This document shows, piece by piece, positions 40,094-51,225 of a stretch of 64,000 bases of DNA. Made by a program: the position numbers and the translations under genes. The stretch's first letter is position 1. Each line of letters opens with the position of its first letter. The notes beneath the pieces were generated by a model. It searched no databases. It was not told the DNA's origin and saw only the letters and a program-made list of their open reading frames with translations. Source of the DNA: an uncultured Acidobacteriota bacterium (GTDB lineage Bacteria > Acidobacteriota > UBA6911); the NCBI GenBank assembly GCA_963843575.1, contig CAWJKZ010000013.1, positions 320,001-384,000 of the forward strand, in the 5' to 3' direction.

Positions 40094-40290
40094 ACCGTAA
40101 ACCGTAAGCCGGAAGCCAGGAACCTGCGCGAACTTCAGCTCACCCCAGCCCTAAGCAAGTACTGATGTTCACAAATACGCCAACGTATTTTTCAGGACGC
40201 GGATGCGCGCGGATCCCCGCAGATCGACCTGGCGACAGGCCGCGGTCGATCCGCGTGAATCCGTTGGATCCGCGGAATCTGCGTATCTGC
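40089..40290. repeat. Heptamer run (40089-40124) and family C repeat (40159-40290) between convergent genes
   Basis: cgtaaaccgtaaaccgtaagccggaagccaggaacc; gtactgatgttcacaaatacgccaacgt...cgcggat/atccgcg units. Confidence 0.8.
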
Positions 40291-40297
40291 TTTTGGC

Positions 40298-40957
40298 TTA
40301 CTGGGGCAGGGTTCCCAGGTCATCTGCGTTCAGGGTCGTGAAATCCGCGACGATGCGGGCGACCTGGTGCTTGGTCAACTCCTCCGCCGAGTGGGTGGTG
40401 GCGAGCGCTATGCAGGCGCACCCGGCCCGGCGCGCTGCCTCTATCCCGGCCGTGGAATCCTCGAACACGACGCAGCGCTCGGCCGGCAATCCGAGCCGCC
40501 GCGCCGCGAGCAGGAAGATCTCCGGGTCCGGTTTGCTCCGGGTGACGTCGGCGCCGGTGACGACGGCTGCGAAGAAACTTCGGATGGCCAGCCTGTCCAG
40601 GACGAAGTCGGCGTTCGCGGGCGGGCCGCTGGTCGCAACGGCGCAGCGGATCGCAGCCCCGCGCAATCGTTGCAGAAAATCGACCAGGCCTGCCGCCGGA
40701 CGCAACTCCGGGGCGATGGTGTCGCGGTAGATCTGCTCCTTCCGTTCCGTCAGCCGCGGGATGTCCTCCTCGCGCAGCCCGGGGCCGATGAGCCGGCCGA
40801 TCATCTCCCTGTTGCGCTGCCCGAACACGGCGCGGATCTCGTCCTCCTTCAGGACGCGGCCCAGTTCTCTGCCGAGCTGCTGCCACGCCCGCACGTGGTA
40901 GGCGAGGTTGTCGACGAGCACGCCGTCCATGTCGAAAATAGCCCCTTCGATCATCAA
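40298..40957 (-). CDS. HAD-family phosphatase (beta-phosphoglucomutase-like)
   Basis: IFDMDGVLVD, VATSG, KPDPEIF, FEDSTAGIEAA. Confidence 0.93.
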   Translation of the reverse strand: MMIEGAIFDMDGVLVDNLAYHVRAWQQLGRELGRVLKEDEIRAVFGQRNREMIGRLIGPGLREEDIPRLTERKEQIYRDTIAPELRPAAGLVDFLQRLRGAAIRCAVATSGPPANADFVLDRLAIRSFFAAVVTGADVTRSKPDPEIFLLAARRLGLPAERCVVFEDSTAGIEAARRAGCACIALATTHSAEELTKHQVARIVADFTTLNADDLGTLPQ

Positions 40958-41081
40958 TTCCTCCTGGCAAACCCGCGGATTTAATCACAGAAATCCGGCT
41001 TCCTGTGCTTAAATCTCCCGCGATCTCCGCGGGCTTATCGGCTCCGCGGTGCGTCCCGATTCTCGAGCGGGGGACCTTGAT

Positions 41082-42539
41082 ATGCGTCCTGTACTGGAAT
41101 TCCTGAGTACGACCCTGGTGGAGAGGATTGTGGCCGAGGCGCTCTCGGTCCTGTCCCGTACCGGGGTTTTCGTCGAGCACGCGGAGGCGCTCTCGCTCCT
41201 GGCCGACCACGGCGCCCGTGTCGGCGCCGGGGGGCGCGCATACCTCCCCGACGAGCTGGTGTGGCGCTGCGTGCGCTCCGCGCCCCATTGCATCGAGGTC
41301 TACGACCGCGAAGGGCATCCCGCGCTGCGGTTGACGGGCCTCGAAGTCCACTTCGACCCGGGATCGGCCGCTCTCAAGATCCTCGACCGGGATTCGGGCG
41401 AGGCGCGCGCGCCGGTAACCGCGGATCTCGTCGACTTCGCCCGGGTCACCGATGCCCTCCCGCAATTCGCGGCTCAAAGCACCGGGATCGTCCCCTCCGA
41501 CGTGCCGCCGGGGATCGCCGACCGCTACCGGCTCTACCTCGCCCTGCTTCACTCCCGCAAACCAATCGTGACCGGGACCTTCACCATCGAGGGTTTTGCG
41601 GTGATGAAGGACATGCTGGCCGCAGCCGCCGGTTCGGAAGAACGCCTGAGGCAGCGGCCAAGCGCGATCTTCGACGCCTGCGCGTCCCAGCCGTTGAAGT
41701 GGAGCGCACTGACCACCTCGACGCTGCTGGATTGCGCGCGTTCGGGGATTCCGGCGGAACTCATTTCGGTGCCGCTGCTCGGCGCGACGGCCCCCGTCAC
41801 GCTTGCCGGCGCCCTCGTCCAGCACACGGCCGAGAACCTGGGCGGCCTCGTGATCCATCAGCTGGCGGCGCCCGGGGCCCCGGTCGTGTACGGCGGCTCC
41901 GCCGCCGCGCTCGACATGCGCCACGGCACGATTGCGATGGGGGCGGCCGAAACCATGATGCTCGCCGCGGGTTACGCGCAGATCGGCCGTTACCTCGGGC
42001 TGCCGACCCACGGGTACGCCGGGCTGAGTGACGCCAAGGTGATCGACGCGCAGGCGGGCCTGGAAACAGGGATGGGGGCGGCGGTGGCTGCCCTGGCCGG
42101 CATCAACGTCGTTTCCGGCGCGGGGATGCTCGAGTTCGAGAACTGCCAGAGCCTGGAGAAGCTCGTCCTTGACAACGAGATCTGCGGCATGGCCAAACGG
42201 CTCGTCGCCGGCGTCGAGCCGCGCACCGACCCGCTGGCCGAGGATCTCTTCTCGGGCGGCCTCTCCGACGGGGAGCACTTCCTGACGTCAGCGTCTACCG
42301 TGCGGTGGCTGCGCGAGGAGGTGATCTTCCCCGGTCCGGTAATCGACCGGCAGTCGCGCGAGGTCTGGGAACGTGCCGGGAGGAACGACGCGACCTCGAA
42401 CGCGCGCCGGCTGGTTGCGGATATCCTGGGCAAGCAGGCAACGGCGCCGCTTGACGATCGGGTCCGGCAGGACCTGGCCGCGATCATGCTGGCGGACGCG
42501 CGCGGTCACGGCCTCGACCGGCTTCCCGGGCACCAGTAG
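41082..42539 (+). CDS. Trimethylamine methyltransferase (MttB/MtgB) family, non-pyrrolysine
   Basis: GATAPVTLAGALVQ..AE.L, PG.PV.YG, SDAK..DAQAG.E, AGMLE, EHFL; no in-frame TAG. Confidence 0.9.
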   Translation: MRPVLEFLSTTLVERIVAEALSVLSRTGVFVEHAEALSLLADHGARVGAGGRAYLPDELVWRCVRSAPHCIEVYDREGHPALRLTGLEVHFDPGSAALKILDRDSGEARAPVTADLVDFARVTDALPQFAAQSTGIVPSDVPPGIADRYRLYLALLHSRKPIVTGTFTIEGFAVMKDMLAAAAGSEERLRQRPSAIFDACASQPLKWSALTTSTLLDCARSGIPAELISVPLLGATAPVTLAGALVQHTAENLGGLVIHQLAAPGAPVVYGGSAAALDMRHGTIAMGAAETMMLAAGYAQIGRYLGLPTHGYAGLSDAKVIDAQAGLETGMGAAVAALAGINVVSGAGMLEFENCQSLEKLVLDNEICGMAKRLVAGVEPRTDPLAEDLFSGGLSDGEHFLTSASTVRWLREEVIFPGPVIDRQSREVWERAGRNDATSNARRLVADILGKQATAPLDDRVRQDLAAIMLADARGHGLDRLPGHQ

Positions 42540-42550
42540 CGCCGGGGATT

Positions 42551-43339
42551 TCAGTTGCCCGGCAGCTCGCGGATCCGGATGTTTCTGAACCACACGGCGG
42601 AGCTGTGGTCCTGCAGGTCGATGTAGCCGCGCCTGTTCCGGCCGAAACCTTCCATCCTCTTGAATTTGCTTACGGCGATCGCGTCGCCCAGCTGCTCGCT
42701 CCCGCGCTCGAACTCCAGCACCTTGACGTCGTTGATCCAGTGCTCGACGTGGTTGCCCCGCACGACGATCCGGGCCTTGTTGAATTCACCCGCCGGCCGG
42801 GTCGTCGATTTGGCAGGGGCAAGGATGTCGTACAGCGCGCCCGTGATGCGCTTGTTACCCTTGAGCGCGTCCGGGTTGCGCTTGTCGTCGATCAGCTGCA
42901 ATTCGAAACCCATGGGGGCGTTTGCATACTGCTCGGGATTGAGGGCCGCAATCTGTTTCTCATAACCGGGCGGCTTCTCTTTCCGGTATTCCCCGATCTC
43001 GAATTCCATGTAGGCGCGCTCCCAGGAAGCGGGGCGGTCCTCGCGCACCAGGTACTTGACGCCGCTGTTGCCCCCCGCGGAAATGCGCCACTCGAGCTCG
43101 AGCTCGAAGTTCTCGTACTGGTCGACGGTGACGAGATCGCCGCAGTCCTCTTTCCTGGCGTCAGGTACGCGCTTCAACGCGCCGTCTTCGACAACCCAGC
43201 AGCGCGACGGGAAACCCTTTTGGCGGAAACCCCGCCAGCCGGCGGTGGTCTTGCCGTCGAACAGCGTTTTCCACTCCGCCGCCTCCGCGATCGCGGCACC
43301 CAGCAAAGCCATGACGACAAATGCGCAGGTCTTTCTCAT
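42551..43339 (-). CDS. DUF1080 (3-keto-disaccharide hydrolase-like) secreted protein
   Basis: LFDGKT..GW, W.VEDG, NFELELEW, NSGV, ELQLID, LQDH...VWFRNIRIREL. Confidence 0.92.
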   Translation of the reverse strand: MRKTCAFVVMALLGAAIAEAAEWKTLFDGKTTAGWRGFRQKGFPSRCWVVEDGALKRVPDARKEDCGDLVTVDQYENFELELEWRISAGGNSGVKYLVREDRPASWERAYMEFEIGEYRKEKPPGYEKQIAALNPEQYANAPMGFELQLIDDKRNPDALKGNKRITGALYDILAPAKSTTRPAGEFNKARIVVRGNHVEHWINDVKVLEFERGSEQLGDAIAVSKFKRMEGFGRNRRGYIDLQDHSSAVWFRNIRIRELPGN

Positions 43340-43363
43340 GCCCCGATCTTACACCATTTCATC

Positions 43364-43524
43364 TGGAGTGCGGCGGCCGCCTCAGTGCCGGCGCGGGAAT
43401 TTTTCCCCCAATTAATTAAGTGGGTCCGGGCTTCAGCCCGGACGCTGTTTGCGGTCGCTTTATCGTGCGCCCGTCGCCACAGAGATCAGATCGAAGACGT
43501 CCGGGCTGAAGCCCGGACCCACTT
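43364..43524. repeat. Truncated family A arm (43364-43392) adjacent to a complete family B doublet (43418-43524)
   Basis: The family B spacer cgtgcgcccgtcgccaca...cagatc is shared with the 8847-8952 copy. Confidence 0.85.
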
Positions 43525-43554
43525 GTTTTGCGGGTGAGTTTTTTGAATGTCGCC

Positions 43555-45723
43555 TTAGTTCACGACCACGGGGACACGGCGGTAGATGTTGGTGTCGGTG
43601 ACGCTGTCGCGCAGGTGTACCTGCAGGGTGTAGGCGCCTTTTCTGATACCGCGCAGGGGGAGGGAAATGGCTACGGTGGCCACGCCGGTCTCTCCCTTCG
43701 TCCACTCCTGGACCCGAAGCGGCTGCGATTCGCGCACCCTCGTCTTGCCGTCCAGGAACAGCAGGTAGGCCTCGAGCGATGGCCTGCGCGTCTGCGGGTC
43801 TGCGGCGGAGCCGTACACCTGAAAATAGGTGTACAGCGTCTGTCCCCCGGCGAAGATGTTGCCCATGTTGGGGACCAGCCGGCGGCCGTCGATCACCATC
43901 GGGTCTTTCTCGGGCCCCGGCCCTTCGAAGCGCGCCGCCGGCCCCTCGTGCTGGACTCCCCGGACCTCTTCGGCAGTGCCAACCAGCCGGCTGCCCAGGA
44001 CCACGGAGCTGGTCTGAAGCGTCTTCCCGTCGAGCAGCGGCACCGTGAGCCCCTGCTCGAAGCTGCCGAGGCGCCCGGTGGCGTTGTCGCGCACGATGAA
44101 TTTCAGCTTGTATTCCCCGGGGCGCAGCTGGAAACCCGTGGTGTAGAGGATCTGACCCGTCTGGATTTTTTCGGCCTTGGCCACCGGGAGCCGCACCTGG
44201 ACGGTGTCGCGCGCCACCGCGGCGACGCGCCCGGTAGCTTTCCCTGATGCGGGCGAGGAATTCGAAGTGCGCCTCGCGCCGGTCGTTTTTCTCTTCGAAC
44301 CGGATGCCGTCGCCCGCGACTTGCAGGGACACCGGGACCGTGGTGGTTTTGCCGTCTTCCCGGAAGGAGGCGGCCTGAAGGATGAATGGGACATCCGAGA
44401 ACGGCCGGTCCAGTTCGAGCGCTTCCTCCAGCTGGCGGTCGCGCTCGCTCTGGGTGAGTTTGCTGAACTGTTTGGCGGCGAAATAGCCGGGGCGGTGGGC
44501 GATCTTCAGGTCGGGTCGGCTCACCTCCACCCGGATCTTCCGGAACTTGCCGTCCTCGACCGCGTTGGACGAGTAGTAGCCGAGCACGTAGTAGGTCCGG
44601 GTGTCGTTGACGACCTTGTCGAATACCGGGGCGAGGTCGTTGGAGTCCTGGAACGACGCGCCCCCGGTGTCGTGCGCGAGCGTGGTCAGGGTCTCCTGGG
44701 ATGCGGATAGAGCGTCGAACTGTCCCGTGACGGCGCTTCCCGAGAACAAGCCGCCCGCGCCCCCGCCCCGATGCGACGCCGTGCCGCCGGGAGGCAACGC
44801 GGCCAGCCCGCCGCTGTCGACCGTGTAGATGCTCATGTTGGCCTGGTTGGCGGCGTCGATCGCGGCGCGGAGCTGCGACTGGTTTTCCGACCCGGTGGTC
44901 TGCACGGTGCCCGAGAAATAGACCAGCGACTTGCGCTCCGGGTATTCGCCGTATTCCCGGGCCAGCGCCGTCAGCGCGGCGAGCCTGCGGTCGGTGTTGA
45001 ACAGGTTGAACTGCACGTCGTCCGGGACAAAGACCTCGTCGGAGGCGGCCGAGTCGTCGTCCGACTGGCTGTCGGCGGCCGTCGTGTCGGCCGCCATCGG
45101 GTTCAACTGCTTCAGTCTCTCGGCAAGGACGACGCGGTCGTTCGTCAGGTCCTGCACGACCTGGAGCGTGCTGCTGTAGGTGGCGACGGCGATCAGGTCG
45201 TGCGGTCCGCTGCGGCTGCGCCACGTACGTCCTCCGCGGTCGTGACGGATCTCGCGAGGTCCTCCTCGCCCAGCGACGAGAGGTCGAAGAACAGGATCAG
45301 AAGCCGCTTGTCGGCCAGCACCTGCGCCGCGGCGCTCCGCCCGGGGCAGGGTGCCCAGGTTGATCGGGCAGGCGTCCGCCGGCTGCGCCCGGCCGGGCAG
45401 GTTCCTCCGCGGCAGCCACGGCCGGGATGTCCTCGAGGGAGAAGGTGACGATCTCCTCCCTGCGATTGTTCTCGAAGACCCGGAAATCCTCCCGCTTCAG
45501 ATCCGGGACCAGCTGCCCCTTTTTGTCGCGCACCGTGACGTCGACGACCACCAGGTTGGAGCGCACCCGGAATGTGGTCGGGCGCCTCTGCTCCGCTGTC
45601 GGGCCGGGAGGCGGTCGCCGGTTCCTGCCGCGCCAGGACGACGGCCCCGGCCAGCGACAGTGAGCCAGACAGGCGACGGACGACAGCCTGCGGCCCCTGG
45701 TGAGTCCTTTTCGTTCTTGTCAC
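43555..45723 (-). CDS. VWA-domain protein (Acidobacterial type); several frameshifts
   Basis: Fragments in three frames: VRSNLVVVDVTVRD, LILFFDLSS, RKSLVYFS, IYTVDS, TLAHDTGG, YYVLGYY, HRPGYF, C-terminal Ig-like region. Confidence 0.85.
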
Positions 45724-45744
45724 ATCGCCGAGTCATCGCCCTCC

Positions 45745-48700
45745 TCAGAAATTGAGACGCAGCCCGACTTCCATCTGCCGCATGGTGCCGACGCTGGTGA
45801 CCCTGCCGAAGTTGAGCGCGTTGACCACGGTTCCGAGACCCCCGTGTAGTTGGGGTGGTTCAGGGCGTTGGTCACCTGCCAGCGGAACTCCAGCCGCCTC
45901 GTCCCCTCGTTCAGACGGAAATTCTTGCGCAGCGAGAGATTCAGCAGGTTCGACCCCGGCCCGATGATCGTGAACCGGCCCGCGTTGCCGAACGTCCCCG
46001 CTGCCGGGATCGCGAAGGCCAGGGTGTTGAAATAGGTCGAGGTGTTGCGCTCATCGCGGGGGAGCGAGGGGGAAACACCGGTGCTGTCGGGACGCTCCGA
46101 CGAGAACGAGCCGGTGCCGCTGTTGTTGCTGACGTTCCCCAGAATTCGCGCCGTCAGCGGCCGCCCGCTGTTCAGCTGGTAGGTGCCGCTGATCTCCCAT
46201 CCGGAAACGAAGTTCTGGACGGCGGCGGACGCTCCCGCCAGGAACCTACGGTTCAGGCCTATGGGAAGTGCGTAGTTGAAGCTCGATTGAAAGCGGTGCC
46301 GCTGGTCGAAACTGCTCAGCGAGCGTTCCGCGTAGAGGTTCGCGTCGTTCTGGGCGACGAGCATGGAAGCTCCGCCGATCCCGGAAGCGTTGTCGATGCT
46401 CTTGGAGAGGGTGTAGGAATTTTCGATCCGGAACCCGTTGCGCCAGCCTGCGCGCGACGCGCAGCCGCAGGCTGTGCAGCACCGAGTTCGCCCCCGACTG
46501 CTGGTAGAGGAAATAGCCGGCGTTGCCGATGGCGAGCGAGTCCTCGGTCGCGCCCGGCGACATGCCCGAGAGCCGCACGGTTGGGTGCGCGCAGCAGGTC
46601 GAGCCGCGTCCCCTTCGATCCGAGGTAGCCCGCCTCGACGATATAGACCTTCAGCAGCGGCATCTGCACGTTCAGGTTCCACTGCTGGACGTAGCCGATG
46701 CGGTAATGGGGGTCGATGGCGTACGAGTTTCGAATCGTGACCGACGGGTCGACCGGGAAGCCGGCCTGCAGGGTGAGACGGGTCTGTGAGGGTCGTCAGC
46801 AGGGTCTGGGTCACCGCGAACGGAGGCTGCCCAACGAGCTGTCCTGCGACGTACGGGTAGACCGACGGATTGTAGAGGATGCCGTAACCGGCCCGCACCA
46901 CCATCCTCGAACTTGGGGTCGGCTTCCACGCGACGCCGATCCGAGGCGCGAAGTTGTTTCTGTCGGAAAAGAGCAGCGAGCGCGGGAACACGCCGGTGTA
47001 CGGCCCACTCTGGCCGGGGAAGACCTGCACAGCCTGCTGGAACCCGGGGCCTATGTCCAGGCTGACCATGTGGTCGTACTTTTCGTAAGAACGGCTGAAT
47101 GTATTCGTACCGCAGCCCGACGTTGACGGTCAGGTTCGCGCGCGCCCGCCAGTTGTCCTGCACGAAGAAGTTCAGCGATTTGTTGCGCAGGTAGTTGTTG
47201 CTGCTGCCGTAGCGCCGGGACGTCCCGTAGGGGAGCCCGAGCAGGAAATCGGCAAAGTCGTATCCGGTCCCGGCGACGGGCGTGCCTGCGGCCGTGAAGG
47301 CGCTGGTGGCGAAACCGGTGAAGTCGAAGGTGCCGCGCGCGTTCGGGTCGCTGTTGTTGTTGCGCTGGTTTAGGCTGAGGTCCCCACCGGTCTGGATGCT
47401 GTGCTTTGTGCCGAGCCTCGACAACCCGGCCCCCAACGTGATCGTCTGGGTGCGCAGCAGCGCCGGGTTGCCGACCTGCAGGTCGCCGTAGTTCGTGAAC
47501 GTGATCGTGGGGATGCCGAAGTTTACCGGTTCGCTGCGAAACCCCGGAAATCCCGAGCGCCCCCTCGACGTCATCCGCGTAGGAAAACGGGTTGGTACTC
47601 GACGTGCGCACGCGGTTGAGCGAGACCCTGTAGTTGAGGATGAGACGCGGCTGGAATCGGTGGACGCCGCCGATGCCGAGGTTCTGGGCGCGGTTGTTCC
47701 GGTCGGTGTCGAGCCCCGGGAAGATCTGGCTCGTCAGGGAGTTGCCGCGCCGGAAGGTGTAGTTCACGAACGCGTTGTCCTTGGCCGAAAGACGGGTGTT
47801 GACGCGTCCGGAAAACGAGTCGGAGGTGTTGACGAGCCCGCGCTGCATCGTGAAGTTCTGGACCGAACCCGCCAGGTTCGGCAGCGGGAAGTAGCGCAGC
47901 AAGGCGACGGCGGCCGGATTGAGCCGCGACGCGGGAATGCGGCCCCCCGCGAAGGTGTCATGCGACTCTGGGTCGTATATGGCGACGCCCTGGCCGGCCG
48001 TCTGCCCCGCGCCCAGGGATGTTTGCGAGAAATCGCCGGCCCGCTCCAGCTCGGTCGGCACGGTGGTGAGGACGTCGAAGGGGTTGCGGTTGCGGCTCCC
48101 CTCGTAACTGAAGAACCACATCCCGGGCTGCTGCATGCGTCGGGACGTGCCCTGCGCGGCGCTTCCCCACGGCAGGATCCCCCCAACCGAGAGCCCGATG
48201 TTGTTCTGTATCTGGAGGGGCTTGGAGACGTCGGCGCCGGTCAGGGAATAGCTCTTGGCGTTCAGGGCCGAATTCCTGTAGTTGCTGAACACGCTCACGT
48301 TCAATTTCGGCTGCCGCTGCCGGGAGCGTCCGCCCATGGCGCCGAAACCGCGTCCACCCATCGGTCCCCCCATCGGGGGTCCGCCACCCATGCCGCGGCC
48401 TCCCATCCCCGGGCCGCCCCCGGGTCCGCCGGGGCCTGCCGGGCCCATGCCGGGCCCTCCTTCGCCGCGCTCGCCCTGTCCGGGGAGTCCCGACCGGTCG
48501 AACTCGCCGAATCCCATCCGCTGACCCATGTCGGCCATGCGCGCGCGGAAAGCCTGGTCGTTCCAGTCGCCCGAGTCGAGGCTCGCGCTCGCATTCCCCG
48601 TGATGACCAGCAGGTCGGAACTGTCACTCTGTGGCGCGGGGGCGGGGGAATCCGCGGTCAGAGCCTCGCCGCCGGACGTCGACGCGGTATCCGTGGCGGA

Positions 48701-49108
48701 CATCTCGATTTCCGCGAAAGCAGGGCGGGATTCGCGTCCCATGCGGGGTCCCGGGAATGCGCCGGGGGCCCGGTTCGCACCCGGGACGGGGTGCGGGGTC
48801 GACGTGCGGATCAGGGTGATCGACAGGCGCGTCGCCTCGTCGGCCCCGGGATCGACGGGCCGGGCGATCTTCTGGAATCCCGCCATCTCCACGGACAGCG
48901 TGCAGGAGCCGGACGGTGCCTCCGCGAACTCGAACGTTCCGTCCGGCTCCGTCACGGTGTCGAGGGAGGGGGCGCCCGCCGCAGCCGTGAGATGGACGGC
49001 GGCTGCGGGGACGGGCGCCCCCTTCGCATCGACGACCTTTCCGGCGACCCGTCCGCTCAACACCAGGAGAAGCGAAAGCACCCACACGCCCATGCGCACC
49101 TGCCACAA
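45745..49108 (-). CDS. TonB-dependent-receptor-like outer membrane protein (carboxypeptidase regulatory-like N-terminus); several frameshifts
   Basis: GKVVD..G.PVP.A.V, YRNSALNA, VPTELERAGDFS, FVQDNWR, GLRYEY, NNFAPRIG.AW, GTFGNAGR, ends RQMEVGLRLNF. Confidence 0.87.
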
Positions 49109-49203
49109 CTTAATACGTGCACCACCCGGTTGTGTTTCCGGGGCCGCCGGGCCGCTGCTACAATGGACGCCGCATTTCTCGAATTTTTCTGGAGGAGGTG
49201 CCT

Positions 49204-50075
49204 GTGGATCGTCGGTCGTTCCTTACGCTTTCCGGGATGGGACTGGTCTCCGCCAGGCTTGCCGGCGCCACGCCGCCGGCCGCGGCGGGCTGCGGCTGTC
49301 GCTCACCTGGGGCATGCTGGGCAAGCTCTCCGTTCCCGAAGGGATGGCGCTGCTGGAAAAGTTCCGTTACGACGGCTATGAGATGTTCGACTGGCGCAAC
49401 CCGGCGCTCCTGGACGCCTTCGTGGCGGAAAAGGGGAAACACCGGCTCGAGTGCGCCTGCCTCATCGGCAACAAGGGTGTCACCGCGCCCGGCTGCGGGC
49501 TGGTGAACCCGCGGGAGCGCGAAGGCTTCTTCGAACAGATGCGCCTCGCCATCGAGGCGGCGCGCAAGGCCGGCGCGAAGCGGCTGGTCGTGCTCACGGG
49601 CAACGAACTGGGCGGCCTGACCCGGGCGGAGCAGATGTCGAGCGCCGTGGCGGGCCTGCGCGCAATCGCCCCCGTGCTGGAGAAGAACGGCATCACCGCC
49701 ATCGTCGAGGTGCTCAACACCTTCGTCGATCACGCCGGCTATTTCCTGTACTTCATCCGCGACGGCGCGGAACTGGTCGACCGGGTCGGGAGCCCCAACG
49801 TGAAGCTCCTGTTCGACCTCTACCACACGCAGATCATGGAGGGGAACCTGATCGAGAACCTGCGCACCTATGCCGCCCACGTCGGCCACTTCCACGTGGC
49901 CGACGTGCCGGGGCGCAACGAACCCGGGACCGGGGAGATCAACTATCGGAACGTCTTCCGCGCGATCTACGACCTCGGGGACCGCTACCAGGGCTTCGTG
50001 TCGCTCGAGTGCCGCCCGAAAGCTCCCCTGGAGGAGGTCCTGCCCGCCCTCCGCAAACTAGCCGACCTCGCGTGA
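49204..50075 (+). CDS. Tat-exported hydroxypyruvate isomerase / xylose-isomerase-like TIM barrel; frameshift near 49285
   Basis: GGAGGAGG SD, DRRSFL twin-arginine; EVLN..VDHAGYF, LFDLYHTQIMEG, HFHVADVPGRNEPGTGEINY. Confidence 0.88.
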
Positions 50076-51225
50076 CGGAGCGCGGCGCCTCGGCGCCTGC
50101 CCTGCAATGTCGACGTGCGGCGGCGCCGAGGCGACCGCCGACAAAGCGGCGTCCAGCCGCCGCACTCCAGATTTTGCGATAGAGGGAAGATGTGAGCAGG
50201 GCGACGGCGCGATCCGCCGCGACCCAACGAAGCGGGGGCCGCACCTCTCCGATCTCACTGCCCTCGACTTCGAATACGTGCGCCACGATCTTTCTGTAGG
50301 TGATGGCGTGGTTCACCTGCCCCCGGCTCCGAAGCGTCAGCCTTTTGCCGAACAGTTCCCGGACGAAGCGGCGCGCGGCGCGGCCCGGATCCGAAGCTCC
50401 CTTCACCGCGCGGGTCGGCAACCCCCACACTCCCGGTGCAAGCGACCCCGACGCCTGACGGCACATCAGCAGCTGCGCCGGGCGCGACGCCGCCAGCACG
50501 ACCAGGGTGACCTCCTCCGGCTCGCGTCTCGGGCGCGGTGCGGGAATGCTGTCCTGGATGCCGTCGCGCAAGGCCGCGCACAGCGGCCGCACCGGGCACT
50601 CCGGGCATTTCGGCCGCCGCGGGACACAGATCAGCGCCCCCAGTTCCATGAGCGCCTGGTTGAAGTCGGCAGGGCGCCCCCGTGGCACCCATGCGGCGGC
50701 CTGCTCCCAGAAAAACTTCTCCTCGCCGCCCGAAGCGATCCCGCAGAGCCTCGAGGCAACCCGCTTGACGTTGCCGTCGACCACCGGCTCGCGGCGGTTA
50801 AACGCGATCGACTGTATGGCGCAAGCCGTGTATCGCCCGATGCCGGGGAGCGAGAGCGTGTCGACCATCCGACTGGGGAATCTTCCCCCGTGCTCCTCGA
50901 CGATCTTACGCGCCGCCCGGTGCAGGTTCCGCCCCCGCGAGTAGTAGCCGAGCCCGGCCCAGAGCTCGAGCACCTCCTCCTCGCGCGCCGAGGCCAGCGA
51001 CGGCACGTCGGGAAAGCGCCGCAGGAAACGCCTGTAATAGGGCAGCACCGTGGCGACCTGGGTCTGCTGCAGCATGATTTCGGAGACCCACACGCGGTAG
51101 GGCGACGGGTTGGACCGCCAGGGGAGCGCGCGCTTGTGAAGGTCGTACCAAGCCAGAAGCAGCCGCCGGAACTTTCGGTTCCTGGCGCGGTCCCACAGAG
51201 TACACGATCTAGTTTTGCGTCTCAT
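49939..51225 (-). CDS. mutY: A/G-specific adenine glycosylase; real C-terminus probably near 50170, ORF extended through the repeat
   Basis: LPWR, PYRVWVSEIMLQQTQV, WAGLGYYSR.RNLH, LPGIGRYTA, VDGNVKRV, C.PRRPKC..CPV...C Fe-S motif, NUDIX-like C-terminus. Confidence 0.95.
   Translation of the reverse strand: MRRKTRSCTLWDRARNRKFRRLLLAWYDLHKRALPWRSNPSPYRVWVSEIMLQQTQVATVLPYYRRFLRRFPDVPSLASAREEEVLELWAGLGYYSRGRNLHRAARKIVEEHGGRFPSRMVDTLSLPGIGRYTACAIQSIAFNRREPVVDGNVKRVASRLCGIASGGEEKFFWEQAAAWVPRGRPADFNQALMELGALICVPRRPKCPECPVRPLCAALRDGIQDSIPAPRPRREPEEVTLVVLAASRPAQLLMCRQASGSLAPGVWGLPTRAVKGASDPGRAARRFVRELFGKRLTLRSRGQVNHAITYRKIVAHVFEVEGSEIGEVRPPLRWVAADRAVALLTSSLYRKIWSAAAGRRFVGGRLGAAARRHCRAGAEAPRSVTRGRLVCGGRAGPPPGELSGGTRATRSPGSGPRGRRSRGRRSDS
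50077..50169. repeat. REPIN-like element, family A
   Basis: ggagcgcggcgcctcggcgcc...aaagcggcgtccagccgccgcactcca; overlaps the mutY 3' end. Confidence 0.85.

Noticed and set aside
40973-41033. ccgcggatttaa...ttaaatc...ccgcggg inverted repeat as a distinct element
   Set aside because: Short and degenerate; may be a family C remnant or operator but too weak to call.
41082-42539. Pyrrolysine recoding in the MttB homolog
   Set aside because: The ORF is uninterrupted; no in-frame TAG.
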